In this document: one piece after another, positions 42,681 through 52,839 of the stretch
How positions within the stretch are numbered: position 1 is the stretch's first letter
Layout of the letters: each line of letters opens with the position of its first letter
Source of the DNA: an uncultured Acidobacteriota bacterium
Lineage (GTDB): Bacteria > Acidobacteriota > UBA6911 > RPQK01 > JAPXNP01
Direction of reading: 5' to 3'
NCBI GenBank assembly: GCA_963777605.1
Contig: CAVZRV010000010.1
Location: forward strand, 352,001-416,000
Length of the DNA stretch: 64,000 nucleotides
Program-made: the position numbers and the translations under genes
The notes under the pieces: model-generated
The model's input: only the letters and a program-made list of their open reading frames with translations
Told to the model about the DNA's origin: nothing
Database searches by the model: none

Positions 42681-43652
42681 TCACAGGTCGATGCGAAACA
42701 GCCGCGAGCCGTCCACGAGGTAGAGAATCTTCCCGGACAGATCGAACGCCAGACCTACCAGCATCGGAGAAGTCACCACCAGGTCGGGAACCTGTCCTTC
42801 GACCAGCCTGAACATCCCCTTGCGTCCCCGGTAGGAGCCGACGACGTGCAGAATTCCGCGACTGTCGAATGCCGTTCCCTGGGGACGGCCAAAACCCTTG
42901 AACAGTTCCTCGATCGTTCCATCCGGCCTGACCCGGTAGATACAGTCCTGGCTCGCAAGGGTTGGCCCCGTTACGTAAAGGTTGTCGAAGGGATCCATCG
43001 AGAGGTGGTAGGCCGAAACACTGGGTTCGAGTTCGCAGAACGTTGAGAGTTCGCCGGCCCGGTTCACCCGGTAGATGGTTCCGCTGCGATCGCCCACGAG
43101 CAGATTCTGCAAAGAATCGAAGGCGATCCCGGTCGCGATTCCGAGTCCTTCTACGAACTTCTCAACCTGCTTGTCCATCGTTGAGCGGTAAACCGCCCCG
43201 GAATGCCGGCTCGAGATATACAGTAGCCCGTCCGGGCCGATGGCGAGTCCTGTAGGATTGGTGATGTCGCCCAGGAAAGGCTCCTTGACGCCGTCGGCTG
43301 AGACCACGAACACCCCAAATGGGACACTCTCACCTCGAGATCCGCTGTAGGTTACGAAGATGTTCCCCTGCGGGTCCACCACAGGGTTGGCGACCGGGTG
43401 CAGTTCGTCGGCAAGAACCCGTCCGATCTTCAAGTCGACCGAGGCTGCTTTGCCTCCCGCGTGAACCTCCAGGGTTCCCTCCTCGGTCTCCGGAACCCGC
43501 ACAGTGATCCGCTGGGAAGCCGCACTCATCACTTCGGCCTCCTCGTCACCGATGATTACCGCGAGCGTGTCCAGATCGGGGAGGTCCTCAATTTCAAGTC
43601 TGACCGTTCCACCGGGAAGCGCAATACCCGGCCGGCAGCTGGATATCTTCAT
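42681..43652 (-). CDS. IPT/TIG domain plus NHL/gluconolactonase-like beta-propeller protein
   Basis: N-terminal Ig-like ITVRVP segment followed by PTGLA, ATGIAFD, PQGTAFD blades. Confidence 0.75.
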   Translation of the reverse strand: MKISSCRPGIALPGGTVRLEIEDLPDLDTLAVIIGDEEAEVMSAASQRITVRVPETEEGTLEVHAGGKAASVDLKIGRVLADELHPVANPVVDPQGNIFVTYSGSRGESVPFGVFVVSADGVKEPFLGDITNPTGLAIGPDGLLYISSRHSGAVYRSTMDKQVEKFVEGLGIATGIAFDSLQNLLVGDRSGTIYRVNRAGELSTFCELEPSVSAYHLSMDPFDNLYVTGPTLASQDCIYRVRPDGTIEELFKGFGRPQGTAFDSRGILHVVGSYRGRKGMFRLVEGQVPDLVVTSPMLVGLAFDLSGKILYLVDGSRLFRIDL

Positions 43653-43687
43653 GGTGCAAGACTATAGCACGCCCCTGCGTCCAGCGA

Positions 43688-43760
43688 TTGGGGCCTTGGG
43701 GAATTGGAAGGGTTGGAGGGACTGGGGAGATTGGAAGGACTGGAGGAAGGCTGGTGGAAG
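43688..43760. repeat. Degenerate 9-nt tandem repeat (TGGRRGRNY), about 7 units
   Basis: tggaagggt tggagggac tggggagat tggaaggac tggaggaag. Confidence 0.7.
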
Positions 43761-43855
43761 GGAGCCGGGGGAGTGTGTGACCGGACGTTTTCGGCTGGAG
43801 AACCCGAACATCTCACCTGGTGTTGAGGCTTTGATTTAAACCCCTCCCGCCGGCC

Positions 43856-43884
43856 TTGAACGTCCGAAGGGTTTTCCGTATACT
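43856..43884 (+). promoter_or_regulatory. Sigma70 promoter of tRNA-Asn
   Basis: TTGAAC-N17-TATACT, ending 21 bp before the tRNA. Confidence 0.7.
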
Positions 43885-43905
43885 TTGGCTTCGCCAAATG
43901 AGTGC

Positions 43906-44237
<332 letters not shown>

Positions 44238-44615
44238 ATGAACAAGAAGAAGAAACCCTTCGACCTCCGCCAGCGAACCTTCGAATTCTCCGCGGCGGCA
44301 CTCGAGCTGTGCCGTTCCCTCCCCACCGGAAACGAAATCGGCAACATCCGCCGCCAGTTCTCCCGCGCGGCCACTTCGGTCGGTGCCAACTACCGCGCCG
44401 CCCTCCGTTCCAAGTCCAGCCGGGATTTCATCTCCAAGCTCGGCTCCGTCGAAGAAGAAGCCGACGAGTGCATCTTCTGGCTGGACCTCCTGAAGGTGAG
44501 CGATTCTGAACATGACCCAGCGATAGAGGACTTACGAGCAGAGGCCAACGAACTCCTCGCCATCACGGTGGCCTCCCGAAAAACAGCACGAGCCAAGTTG
44601 CGAAGTGGGAATTGA
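44238..44615 (+). CDS. Four helix bundle protein (TIGR02436 / 23S-IVS / bAvd-like family)
   Basis: LRQRTFEF, RQFSRAATSVGANYRAA, SRDFISKL, EEADECIFWL, EANELLAI. Confidence 0.92.
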   Translation: MNKKKKPFDLRQRTFEFSAAALELCRSLPTGNEIGNIRRQFSRAATSVGANYRAALRSKSSRDFISKLGSVEEEADECIFWLDLLKVSDSEHDPAIEDLRAEANELLAITVASRKTARAKLRSGN

Positions 44616-44639
44616 ACGTAAAGAGTTTGGGCTCGCGGC

Positions 44640-44830
44640 TTGGCGGCGCCAGTTCGCACTTCGCACTTCGGTTTCGTCCTTCGCCTTCAAACTTCAAGTT
44701 TCGAATTCAACTTTTCCCATTCACCGTTCGAATGGAAACTTCGAATTCCGAATTTCCCCATTCGCCCCTTCCCACGCGAACTGCAAACTCTACACGTCCA
44801 GCCCCCTCCAACTTCGCGTTTTTCTCGATT
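44640..44830 (+). repeat. Heptamer repeat region, unit 2, downstream of the four-helix-bundle gene
   Basis: 44652-44695 matches 44059-44102 at 43 of 44 positions; the 3' tail also aligns with 44191-44240. Confidence 0.85.
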
Positions 44831-44867
44831 CAAATGTCATTGAGGAAATGCGCGAACCATCGGCACG

Positions 44868-45192
44868 CGTGAGCCCGCTTGCGGGCGGAATGGAGTAGCC
44901 CCGGATGGAGCCGAAGGCGGAGTCCGGGGACAAGGATGAGCGAGATTCTCGAGTCCCGCGCCGGCGGCGGGACGACATGATCCGAGTTGTGCGGCGACTT
45001 CCCGGGGACGCCTTTCCCGTCGAAGGAGTGAAGCGCAGCACCACTATTGGAAATCGGGGAGCCATTTCGTTACAGGAACCCAAAGGGCTGCAACAAAAGC
45101 ACGAACCGTCTATCGTGCCCCGGCAGGGCGTCGGATCGTTCCGCGCTCGGCTTGACCGTGGGCTGGAATTGTCGTGCCCTTTGCAGGGCACC
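44868..45192. repeat. Cluster of REP-like palindromes
   Basis: gcccgcttgcgggc; ccccgga..tccgggg; gtcccgc..gcgggac; gtgccctttgcagggcac. Confidence 0.6.
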
Positions 45193-45208
45193 GCTTCCAC
45201 GAGCCTGG

Positions 45209-46009
45209 TTACCGATCGACTGCCACCTCAACAGGCTCACCGGAGTTCTGCTCTGAGACAAGGACTACTTCAGGAGATTTCCATTCGATCTCCCATACCT
45301 CCCTCGGTCCAGTTGGCCGACGAGCGCCTTCCAGTTGAAATTTCGACGGCACAACATCGGTTAGCCCAGGCAATTCGAGTTGCAGAACCGTGACCCAGCT
45401 CGACCCATCGTCATCCAACTCAACAAATGCCAACCTGGCGATCTCGTCATCGGCTTCCGCAGGACTCCATGCCAGGTTCGAAAGGATGTGGGGACGGACT
45501 TCTCCGTCCTCAATTCGTCTTCCTTTTGAATCACCGAAAAGAGGATACAGACTGGGCGGATCTCTCCCGTCGAGGAAGAGGATCTTCACCCGATCATAAT
45601 CCAGGGATTTCGGCCGTGGGCCATACAACGGGGTTTGGTACGGCTTGCACGCGATGACACTCCTATCGGGGGATACCGAAAATCGACTACCGAATATGGG
45701 GCCGACTGGGGCTGAACCGTCAAGCTTAATCAACCAGCTGAATTGGGCCTGAATGAGAATTGCATCGTCTGTGATCCAGAACGCTTTCTTGAGCAGCTTT
45801 CCGGCCTGCAGAGTCTGCTCGGTGAGGGTCGTGCCCGTAGCCAAATCAACCACTTCGAATGCAGCCGATCCCATGGGGCCTTTATATGGATGAAAGCTTA
45901 TGCATCGTAATTCCCTGGCATCGTCAGGCCCCCGAAATCGAAAATCTGGACAAGTGACCAGAGACTGGGAGGCAAACATTACGACGAGAATCGGCAGAGC
46001 AGCCATCAC
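45209..46009 (-). CDS. Hypothetical secreted protein
   Basis: 266-aa ORF with hydrophobic N-terminus; composition more AT-rich than core genes. Confidence 0.6.
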   Translation of the reverse strand: MMAALPILVVMFASQSLVTCPDFRFRGPDDARELRCISFHPYKGPMGSAAFEVVDLATGTTLTEQTLQAGKLLKKAFWITDDAILIQAQFSWLIKLDGSAPVGPIFGSRFSVSPDRSVIACKPYQTPLYGPRPKSLDYDRVKILFLDGRDPPSLYPLFGDSKGRRIEDGEVRPHILSNLAWSPAEADDEIARLAFVELDDDGSSWVTVLQLELPGLTDVVPSKFQLEGARRPTGPREVWEIEWKSPEVVLVSEQNSGEPVEVAVDR

Positions 46010-46035
46010 AAAGTACTCGGCATCTTAAGCAACAG

Positions 46036-46077
46036 TTACAACGAGCGCATCTTCTTTACGTCCTCAGGCGGCTTCAT
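46036..46077 (-). pseudogene. N-terminal stub of a probable HEPN-domain partner gene
   Basis: ATG overlapping the MNT 3' end gives MKPPEDVKKMRSL*, resembling the start of MNT-coupled HEPN proteins. Confidence 0.45.
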
Positions 46078-46396
46078 AGATTACTCTGCCGTACTTGTTG
46101 GCCGGGTAGGCAATTCCCCCAATGACGTTCTTTGTTTCTTCAAAACGGTCGGTCCGCATCACGACGATGTCGACAGGGATCCCAAGCCCCGCAAGACTTG
46201 CTCTCAGCCTGCGTCCCTCCTCGCGAGAATTGCGGACATCGGGAACCAGGACCAGGAGATCAATATCACTGTCCCGTGTCATCGATCCCGAGGCTGCAGA
46301 ACCGAAGAGGATCACGCAATCGGGTTGCGCGCTGCCGGTGATGCGTCTGACGATCTCTTCAATCAACTCATTGTCAATCTCGGTCATGGCATCCAT
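46064..46396 (-). CDS. Minimal nucleotidyltransferase (MNT) antitoxin-like protein
   Basis: VILFGSAASG..DSDIDLLV, PVDIVV, GRVIYE. Confidence 0.9.
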   Translation of the reverse strand: MDAMTEIDNELIEEIVRRITGSAQPDCVILFGSAASGSMTRDSDIDLLVLVPDVRNSREEGRRLRASLAGLGIPVDIVVMRTDRFEETKNVIGGIAYPANKYGRVIYEAA

Positions 46397-46593
46397 CCCT
46401 TACAATACCCACAATCGCCGCCCGCTCCGCAAACGGGTTTCCCTACATTATCCATGCGCCGATGCCGCTTGGCGACCATCGCGACCCGGCTTGAACAATT
46501 CTTGAACAATTTCGCGCCGAATACCCCGTAACACCATGATGCGACCCGAACAGGAGGCACCTAGAGACAACAGGATGCTATGCCTGCATCATA

Positions 46594-46657
46594 CTGTTAA
46601 CCGGAGGGTTGTAGGTTCGAGCCAGTTCAAATTTCGAAGTGCAAAATGCGAAGTACC
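46594..46657 (+). repeat. Partial duplicate of the tRNA-Asn 3' half plus downstream flank (att-like scar)
   Basis: 46594-46621 is identical to 43937-43964 (28 bp); after a 14-bp deletion it continues as ccagttcaaatttcgaagtgc, matching 43979 onward. Confidence 0.85.
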
Positions 46658-46934
46658 AAGAAGAAGAAATTGAGCGTGGAAAACCTCGACTTCTCGCGCT
46701 GCGTCAGTCCTTCGTCAGCCATGACACGCTTGCGACGACCGGTCTCTGTGAAAAGGACTGCGTAATGCGCAAGAGGACTTCGTACCTGATTTGTGGTGAC
46801 TGACGTGCGAGGTCAGCCATGGCCGCGTCAAAATCGTCGTGCGCCAACTCCACCTGCAAAGCTTTCCCAAGCTCGGCGGCAACCTGGTGTCGCGCCTGCT
46901 CTTCGGAGCCTGCGCCGACTCTGCCCTGGTCCAG

Positions 46935-47400
46935 AGAGTTGACGTAGTTAAGCATTCCTCTCAGCTTCGTGATCTGATCCGTATCCAATCGGTTAGTCAC
47001 GAAACGGTGCACCCATGCTCTAATCCTGCGCTTCTCGTTGCGACCCAAGGACACCCTCTGATCATTGGTCAGTACGAGCCCCGTAACGCGACGGGAGTCC
47101 CTCTTAGAGACTCTACGGATTAATGGCAAGGGATGGACTTCTCAAGTACTTACAGAGCCGGATGACAGCCTTCTCCACGACTTTCAACTGTTCGCTTCTC
47201 TGAGCGGAGAAACTGAGATCGTCTGCGTAGCGCGTGTCCTCCACTTCGTTAACCGAACACAAATCTGAGACCCGTGGATCGAAATCGAACATTAGAATAT
47301 TCGAAACCATCAGAGACGTGGGCGCACCAATCGAAAGGCTGAAGTCTTGGGTACCTTTCGGTTTCCAAAAGAGAATTCGACAGACAGCGTCTATGGTATA
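46935..47400 (-). pseudogene. Truncated, frameshifted retron-type reverse transcriptase
   Basis: LSIGAPTSLMVSNILM, TRYADDLSFS, then after a frameshift near 47120 RRVTGLVLT and LRGMLNYVNS; N-terminal RT region absent. Confidence 0.85.
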
Positions 47401-47498
47401 TCTATGCCGGATCAAGGGACCAGTACGATGCCGGTGCTTGAACCCCGGCGCCGGACGGCTTAGGATCGTTGTCAGCCAGCAGCACCGAGGAGCCAAGA

Positions 47499-48596
47499 AT
47501 GAGACGCTTTACAGTTCTTCCTGCATTCCTGTCGGCCGCGTTCTTCTTTGCGGCTCTGTCCGCCCAGTCGAGCCCATTCGTGCGCGGGATTTACGGAGGC
47601 TCGCCGGTAGACCCGAGCCAAGACGAAAGGCTTGAGGACTATGGGGTCAACGCCCTCTTCATAGGTTCCGGCGGCATTACCACCGATCTCGTGGCCCTGA
47701 TCCGGCAGCAGGGAGGGCAGATCTTTGCCGAATTCAACACCATGCACTACGCGAAGTACCTCGAGCAGCATCCGGATGCGGCGCCAATCGGGACGGACGG
47801 CCTGGTGGCGCCGGCACCTGCCGGATGGCAGGGGGTCTGTCCTACGAACGCCGGATACCGCCACAATCGAATGCAAGCATTTCGAACCCTGGTCACCGAC
47901 TTCGACATCGACGGGGTCTGGCTCGATTACCACCATGCACATGCCAGCTGGGAGCGGCCTGATCCGATTTTGCCGGACACCTGTTTTTGCAGCGATTGTC
48001 TCGAGGCTTTCGCGGAAGCCACCGGATTGAGCGTCCCGACGGAGTCTTCCCGGCAAGCGGCCGATCTGATTCTGCGACGGCACCGCGAGGCCTGGATCGA
48101 TTGGCGATGTGACGTTTTCACCGACTGGGTGCGTGAGTTCAAAGAAATCCTCAGTGAAGTACGGCCCGGTGCCCTGCTTGGAACCTTCCATGCGCCCTGG
48201 AGCGACAACGACTTCGACGGTGCGCGAATCTCGAAACTGGCGATTGACCTGAGGTCTCAGGCCCGCTACATCGACGTCTTCAGCCCCATGCCCTACCACG
48301 CCCGCTTCGGGCACGCGACAGATCTTGACTGGATCTCGCACCAGATCGCATGGCTGGGTGAGTATCTCGGTCTCACAGGAAGCGCTCAAGAACGGATCCG
48401 GATCTGGCCGATCGTCCAGCTGTCCGACTGGGGACAGCCCGTCCCGGCCAGCCAGGTTCTCGAGGTTCTCAAGCATGGATCCCAGGCTCCGGCGACCGGC
48501 CTGATCGTCTTCGCCTGGGGTTCACTTCGGAAGCAGCCGGAAAAGGTAGAACTAGTGAGACAATTCTACCGCGATCTGGCCCAACGACAAGATTGA
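47499..48596 (+). CDS. Secreted glycoside-hydrolase-like TIM-barrel protein (GHL10-like)
   Basis: Signal peptide, GVCPTN, IDGVWLDY, CFCSDC, DVFSPMPYH. Confidence 0.7.
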   Translation: MRRFTVLPAFLSAAFFFAALSAQSSPFVRGIYGGSPVDPSQDERLEDYGVNALFIGSGGITTDLVALIRQQGGQIFAEFNTMHYAKYLEQHPDAAPIGTDGLVAPAPAGWQGVCPTNAGYRHNRMQAFRTLVTDFDIDGVWLDYHHAHASWERPDPILPDTCFCSDCLEAFAEATGLSVPTESSRQAADLILRRHREAWIDWRCDVFTDWVREFKEILSEVRPGALLGTFHAPWSDNDFDGARISKLAIDLRSQARYIDVFSPMPYHARFGHATDLDWISHQIAWLGEYLGLTGSAQERIRIWPIVQLSDWGQPVPASQVLEVLKHGSQAPATGLIVFAWGSLRKQPEKVELVRQFYRDLAQRQD

Positions 48597-48612
48597 GGAG
48601 ACCACGTTTGTT

Positions 48613-49608
48613 TCAATTGATTATGGTCGTCGTCTCCAGCACAACACCATCCGGTCCGACTCTGAAAATTTCGTAGACGTCCCCGTCCCAGCCGAGGCCT
48701 ACGGCGACCGCGAAGTCCTGGCCGTCCAAAGAGAAGAGTGCGATAGGTCTAATGCTCTGGACGCTCTTATAGTCGCAGTCACTCAAGTCGGCTCTGGGGT
48801 CGAGAATAGACAATTTTCCATGGGTACTCTCGAGAAACCAAGTAGAGAAGTGAGTGACGGAGTTACAGCCGGCATCGTGGAAAGTCTCGGGCTTGGGGTA
48901 TTCCTTAACCGCCTCCAGTCGGTAAATTTCCCCACTGGCCCCCAGAGAACCCCGCCAGAGTTCGATACCTTCAAATGGTGACCCTTGTCGTGCCTGTTCT
49001 TCGATCGGATGTCCCTCAAATCGCAGGCGCCCTTCAATCGGATTGAACTTGGAGAGGAAGAAGGCGATGGACTCCGCTTCCAACTCTTCCCACTTCGCTC
49101 TGACTTCTGAAAGAAGATCTTTGGCTTGCTCAGAACCGGGGTCGATCCTTTCGAAGGGCCGTTCGAAAAGGGGAAGATTGCTGACCAGGCCGAGCTTCGG
49201 ATCAGGACAGCACTGATAGCATTTCGGCTCCGTCAGCGGCAACTCGGTCGAAATCGCCCAATTCTTATTGCAGTGGGTATCGAGCCAGACCACCTCTGAT
49301 ACGGCAATTTCCCTCTGTTCCCCTCCAAAGGGTAGGAACCACCAGCGCGCAGGCAATCGTCCGGCATCTCCCAACTCCTCAATCAGCAACTGCCGCACTT
49401 CCTGAGGCCCATCCTCTGGGCCCACGTCATAGGTTTCGCGCCATCCGTTCGTCCAGACTCCCGAGTGGTAGAAGGCGAAAGGAATGACCGGGCCTTCAGA
49501 TACCCCGAGAAGCACCGCTTCGCGATCGGAATCCCTAACGGGCTGACCGATGAGACCGGATGTTGTTGCAACTAGCCCGAGAAGAACTATCATCCTTTGG
49601 CTGGACAT
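48613..49608 (-). CDS. Hypothetical secreted protein
   Basis: 331-aa ORF with signal-like N-terminus and several Cys. Confidence 0.65.
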   Translation of the reverse strand: MSSQRMIVLLGLVATTSGLIGQPVRDSDREAVLLGVSEGPVIPFAFYHSGVWTNGWRETYDVGPEDGPQEVRQLLIEELGDAGRLPARWWFLPFGGEQREIAVSEVVWLDTHCNKNWAISTELPLTEPKCYQCCPDPKLGLVSNLPLFERPFERIDPGSEQAKDLLSEVRAKWEELEAESIAFFLSKFNPIEGRLRFEGHPIEEQARQGSPFEGIELWRGSLGASGEIYRLEAVKEYPKPETFHDAGCNSVTHFSTWFLESTHGKLSILDPRADLSDCDYKSVQSIRPIALFSLDGQDFAVAVGLGWDGDVYEIFRVGPDGVVLETTTIIN

Positions 49609-49714
49609 TGGCCGCCTCCCTTTGTCCCCGAACTTTCGACCAACCCATTCTCCTTCCTGCCCGTTGAAGTCTCAAGGGTCTTGGACTCCGCACGTCTCTC
49701 CGCTCTGTGTCGCT

Positions 49715-49832
49715 CGAAGTGCGAGTTTGGCGGCGCATGCAAGTTCGCATTTCTCACTTTCGGTTTCGTCCTTCGCCTTCAAACTTCGAATTTCCAACCT
49801 GCCCATTCGCCCTTTCCCACTCGCACTGCAAC
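49715..49832 (+). repeat. Heptamer repeat unit, copy 3, without an adjacent four-helix-bundle gene
   Basis: ttggcggcg..gttcgcatttctcactttcggtttcgtccttcgccttcaaacttcgaa..cccattcgccctttcccactcgcactgcaa aligns with 44640-44788. Confidence 0.8.
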
Positions 49833-50065
49833 CGGTCAAACCGGGGGTAGTCGGCTGACGGCGTGGTCGCCTGCCGGGACCGGGGACAATGGAAGCTGTC
49901 GCTTCCTGCCGGAGGAGGTGGAATACCGGGTTGGGCAAAAGCGGAAGCTGTCGCTTCGCGCACTCCACGTGGGGGACACCGCTGAACTCTTGTCGTGCCC
50001 GGTCGGCTCCAGGTTTGACTCGATACCCCGTGACAAAGAGGTCCTGTTCGGGAGAGGATTATTCG

Positions 50066-52024
50066 ATGCGTAGACCAGATAATCACCTTCCTACTCATCC
50101 TGTCTTCAATTTTCGGGATCGGCGAAGTCCGTTCCCAGGTTTCCAGTCTGCCGAGTGAGAGGCCTGAACAGCTGGAACCGACGAACCTCGGCTTCGACTA
50201 TGTCAGGCGGGAGGTGATGATTCCGATGCGTGACGGTGTCAGACTGCACACCGTCATCCTCATTCCAAAGGGCGCAAGGCACCGGCCGATCCTGCTGACG
50301 CGAACGCCCTACAGCGCGACTGAGTTGACCAGCCACGCGGCGAGCTCTCACCTCGGTCCGATCCTCCAGGGCTATGACAATGCCACTGACGTGATCGTCG
50401 AGGGCGGATACATCCGCGTCGTACAGGACATCCGCGGCAAATACGGCTCCGAAGGCGACTACGTGATGAACCGACCTCTTCGGGGGCCGCTGAACCCGAC
50501 GCCGGTCGATCACGCCACTGACACCTACGACACCATCGACTGGCTGGTGAAGAATCGTTCCTGAATCGAATGGCAAGGTGGGCATCCTGGGCATTTCTTA
50601 CGACGGATTCCTGGCTTTGATGGCCATGGTCAATCCCCACCCGGCTCTGAAAGTATCCGTGCCAATGAATCCGATGGTCGACGGCTGGAAGGCGACGACT
50701 GGTTTCACAACGGTGCGTTTCGCCAGCAGAACATGCCGTACATCTACGAACAGGTCGCAACACCCGACAACTCAAAGCTGTGGTGGTCGACCCACTTCGA
50801 CGACTACGATACATACCTGGAAGCGGGTTCGGCCGGCGAACTTGGGCGTCAGCGTGGCCTGGAACAAATCGGGTTTTGGCGCAAATTGCTCGAGCATCCT
50901 TCCTACGATGCCTTCTGGCGCGATCAGGCGGTTGACAGGAGCCTCGCCGCCCAGCCGCTGAAAGTGCCGGTGATGCTGGTCCACAGCCTCTGGGACCAGG
51001 AGGATATCTACGGAGCCATTGCCGTCTACAAAGCGATGGAGCCGAAGGATACGGATAACGACAAGGTCTTTCTCGTGCTGGGGCCGTGGGATCATGGGCA
51101 GGAGATTGAAGACGGAAGCTCGCTCGGCGCGTTGAGATTCGCCAGCGACACCGCCTTGACTTTTCGCCGGGAGATCTTGCGCCCGATTCCTCGATCATTT
51201 TCTCAAAGATGACGCGCCGGCGCTGGACGTCGCGCCGGTGACCGCCTTCGAAACCGGAACGAACAGGTGGCGCCAGCTGGCGGACGTGGCCGAGCGGCTG
51301 CCCCGACGGCGGCAGGGTCAAGCCGACTCCGCTCTATCTGGCGGCCGGACTCAAACTGAGTTACGCCGCTCCAACTTCGGTTGATGCCCCATTTGAGGAG
51401 TACATTTCGGATCCGGCCAAACCGGTACCGTTTCGGGCTCGTCCCAATCGCCCCATGGGCTACACCGAAGAACTGACCTGGTGGCGATGGCTGGTTGACG
51501 ATCAGCGGGAAGCATCGGGCCGCACCGACGTCGTTGCCTTCGTATCGGACGTCCTGACCTCGCCGGTCAAGATCAGCGGTGAGCCAATTGCGAACCTGAT
51601 CGCCTCGACCAGCGGAACGGATTCTGACTGGGTCGTAAAAGTGATCGATGTTTACCCGGACGAGGTCGCCGCCCAGCCGGAAATGGGAGGTTACCAGTTG
51701 ATGGTATCAGCCGATATCTTTCGCGGTCGATATCGGGAGAGTCTCGAACGAGCCGCGCCGATCGAAGCAAACAAGCCTTTGCTTTACCGATTCGCGCTGC
51801 CGACTGCGAATCACGTATTTCTTCCGGGCCACCGCCTCATGATCCAGATCCAATCGAGCTGGTTTCCACTCTATGACCGCAATCCCCAGACCTTTGTCCC
51901 CAATATCTTCTGGGCCAAACCCGGCGATTACCGGAAAGCCATCCAGCGGGTCTACCACGCACCCGGCAAAGCGAGCTTCGTCGAACTGCCGGTGGTTTCT
52001 GCACAGTGCGCAGCTGGCCAGTAG
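50066..52024 (+). pseudogene. CocE/NonD family hydrolase (alpha-amino acid ester hydrolase-like), about 5 frameshifts
   Basis: Fragments MIPMRDGVRLHT, QDIRGKYGSEG, GISYDG, WDQED, GPWDHG, QSSWFPLYDRNPQ in successive frames. Confidence 0.8.
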
Positions 52025-52030
52025 ACTGAG

Positions 52031-52839
52031 ATGGCCATTTCAACGTCACTTTCCCAACGGATCTTCGTTGAGGTTTTCGAGTCGCTCCCGAGGCAGGGCC
52101 CGGGCAGCGGCGCCTGTACTGCCAGGGCGTTCTCCCTGTGCAGCCCCCTGCCTACGTCGCCGGTAACACTGGATCTGGGCTGTGGCACCGGAGCGCAGAC
52201 AATTGACCTCGCAGAGCTGACTTCAGGCGGAATCATCGCCATCGACAGTCATGCTTCGAGTGTCGAGCGGTTGAGGGCAGCAGTGTCCGAGCTTGGACTT
52301 TCGCAGCGCATTTGTCCGGTGGTCGGTGACATGGCCAACGCCGGTTTACGGCCTGCGAGCTTTGACCTAGTCTGGTCCGAGGGGGCACTTTATAACCTCG
52401 GCATAGAGAAGGCCTTGCAGATCTGCCCCGGCTCTTACGTACCGGAGGCTACCTCGCCTTCACAGACGCAGTCTGGCGGAAGGACGATCCTCCTCGGGAA
52501 GTGAAGGTCGCCTTCGACTCGGATTACCCAACCATGGGCACGGTTGACGACGTCGTCCGCATCATCGCCGGGTCCAGTTTTTCGATGATCGGACATTTCA
52601 CATTGCCGGATGAAGCCTGGTGGGATGATTTCTACACGCCGATGGAGATACAAATCGAGAAGTTGCGCGGCAAATACGGGGGCAGCAACGAAGCCCTCGC
52701 CGTGCTCGATCAAATCGCGCGAGAGCCGGAGATGCACCGGAGACATGCAGACTGCTATGCCTACGAGTTTTTCGTGGTGCGCCGGATGAACTGTGACTCG
52801 TCGCAGGCGAAGATGAGGGCGTCCATTCCCATAACCTGA
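52031..52839 (+). CDS. Class I SAM-dependent methyltransferase, frameshift near 52430
   Basis: LPRQGPGS, LDLGCGTG, FDLVWSEGA; C-terminal half FTLPDEAWWDDFYTP in another frame. Confidence 0.8.

Noticed and set aside
44238-44615. 23S rRNA intervening sequence
   Set aside because: No rRNA sequence flanks the gene
46704-47129. Intact 141-aa gene
   Set aside because: Chimeric frame: RT C-terminal fragment fused to unrelated sequence, with no credible start
44238-47400. Diversity-generating retroelement (Avd plus RT)
   Set aside because: The RT fragment has retron motifs (YADD, VTG) rather than DGR motifs, and I found no TR/VR pair differing at adenines
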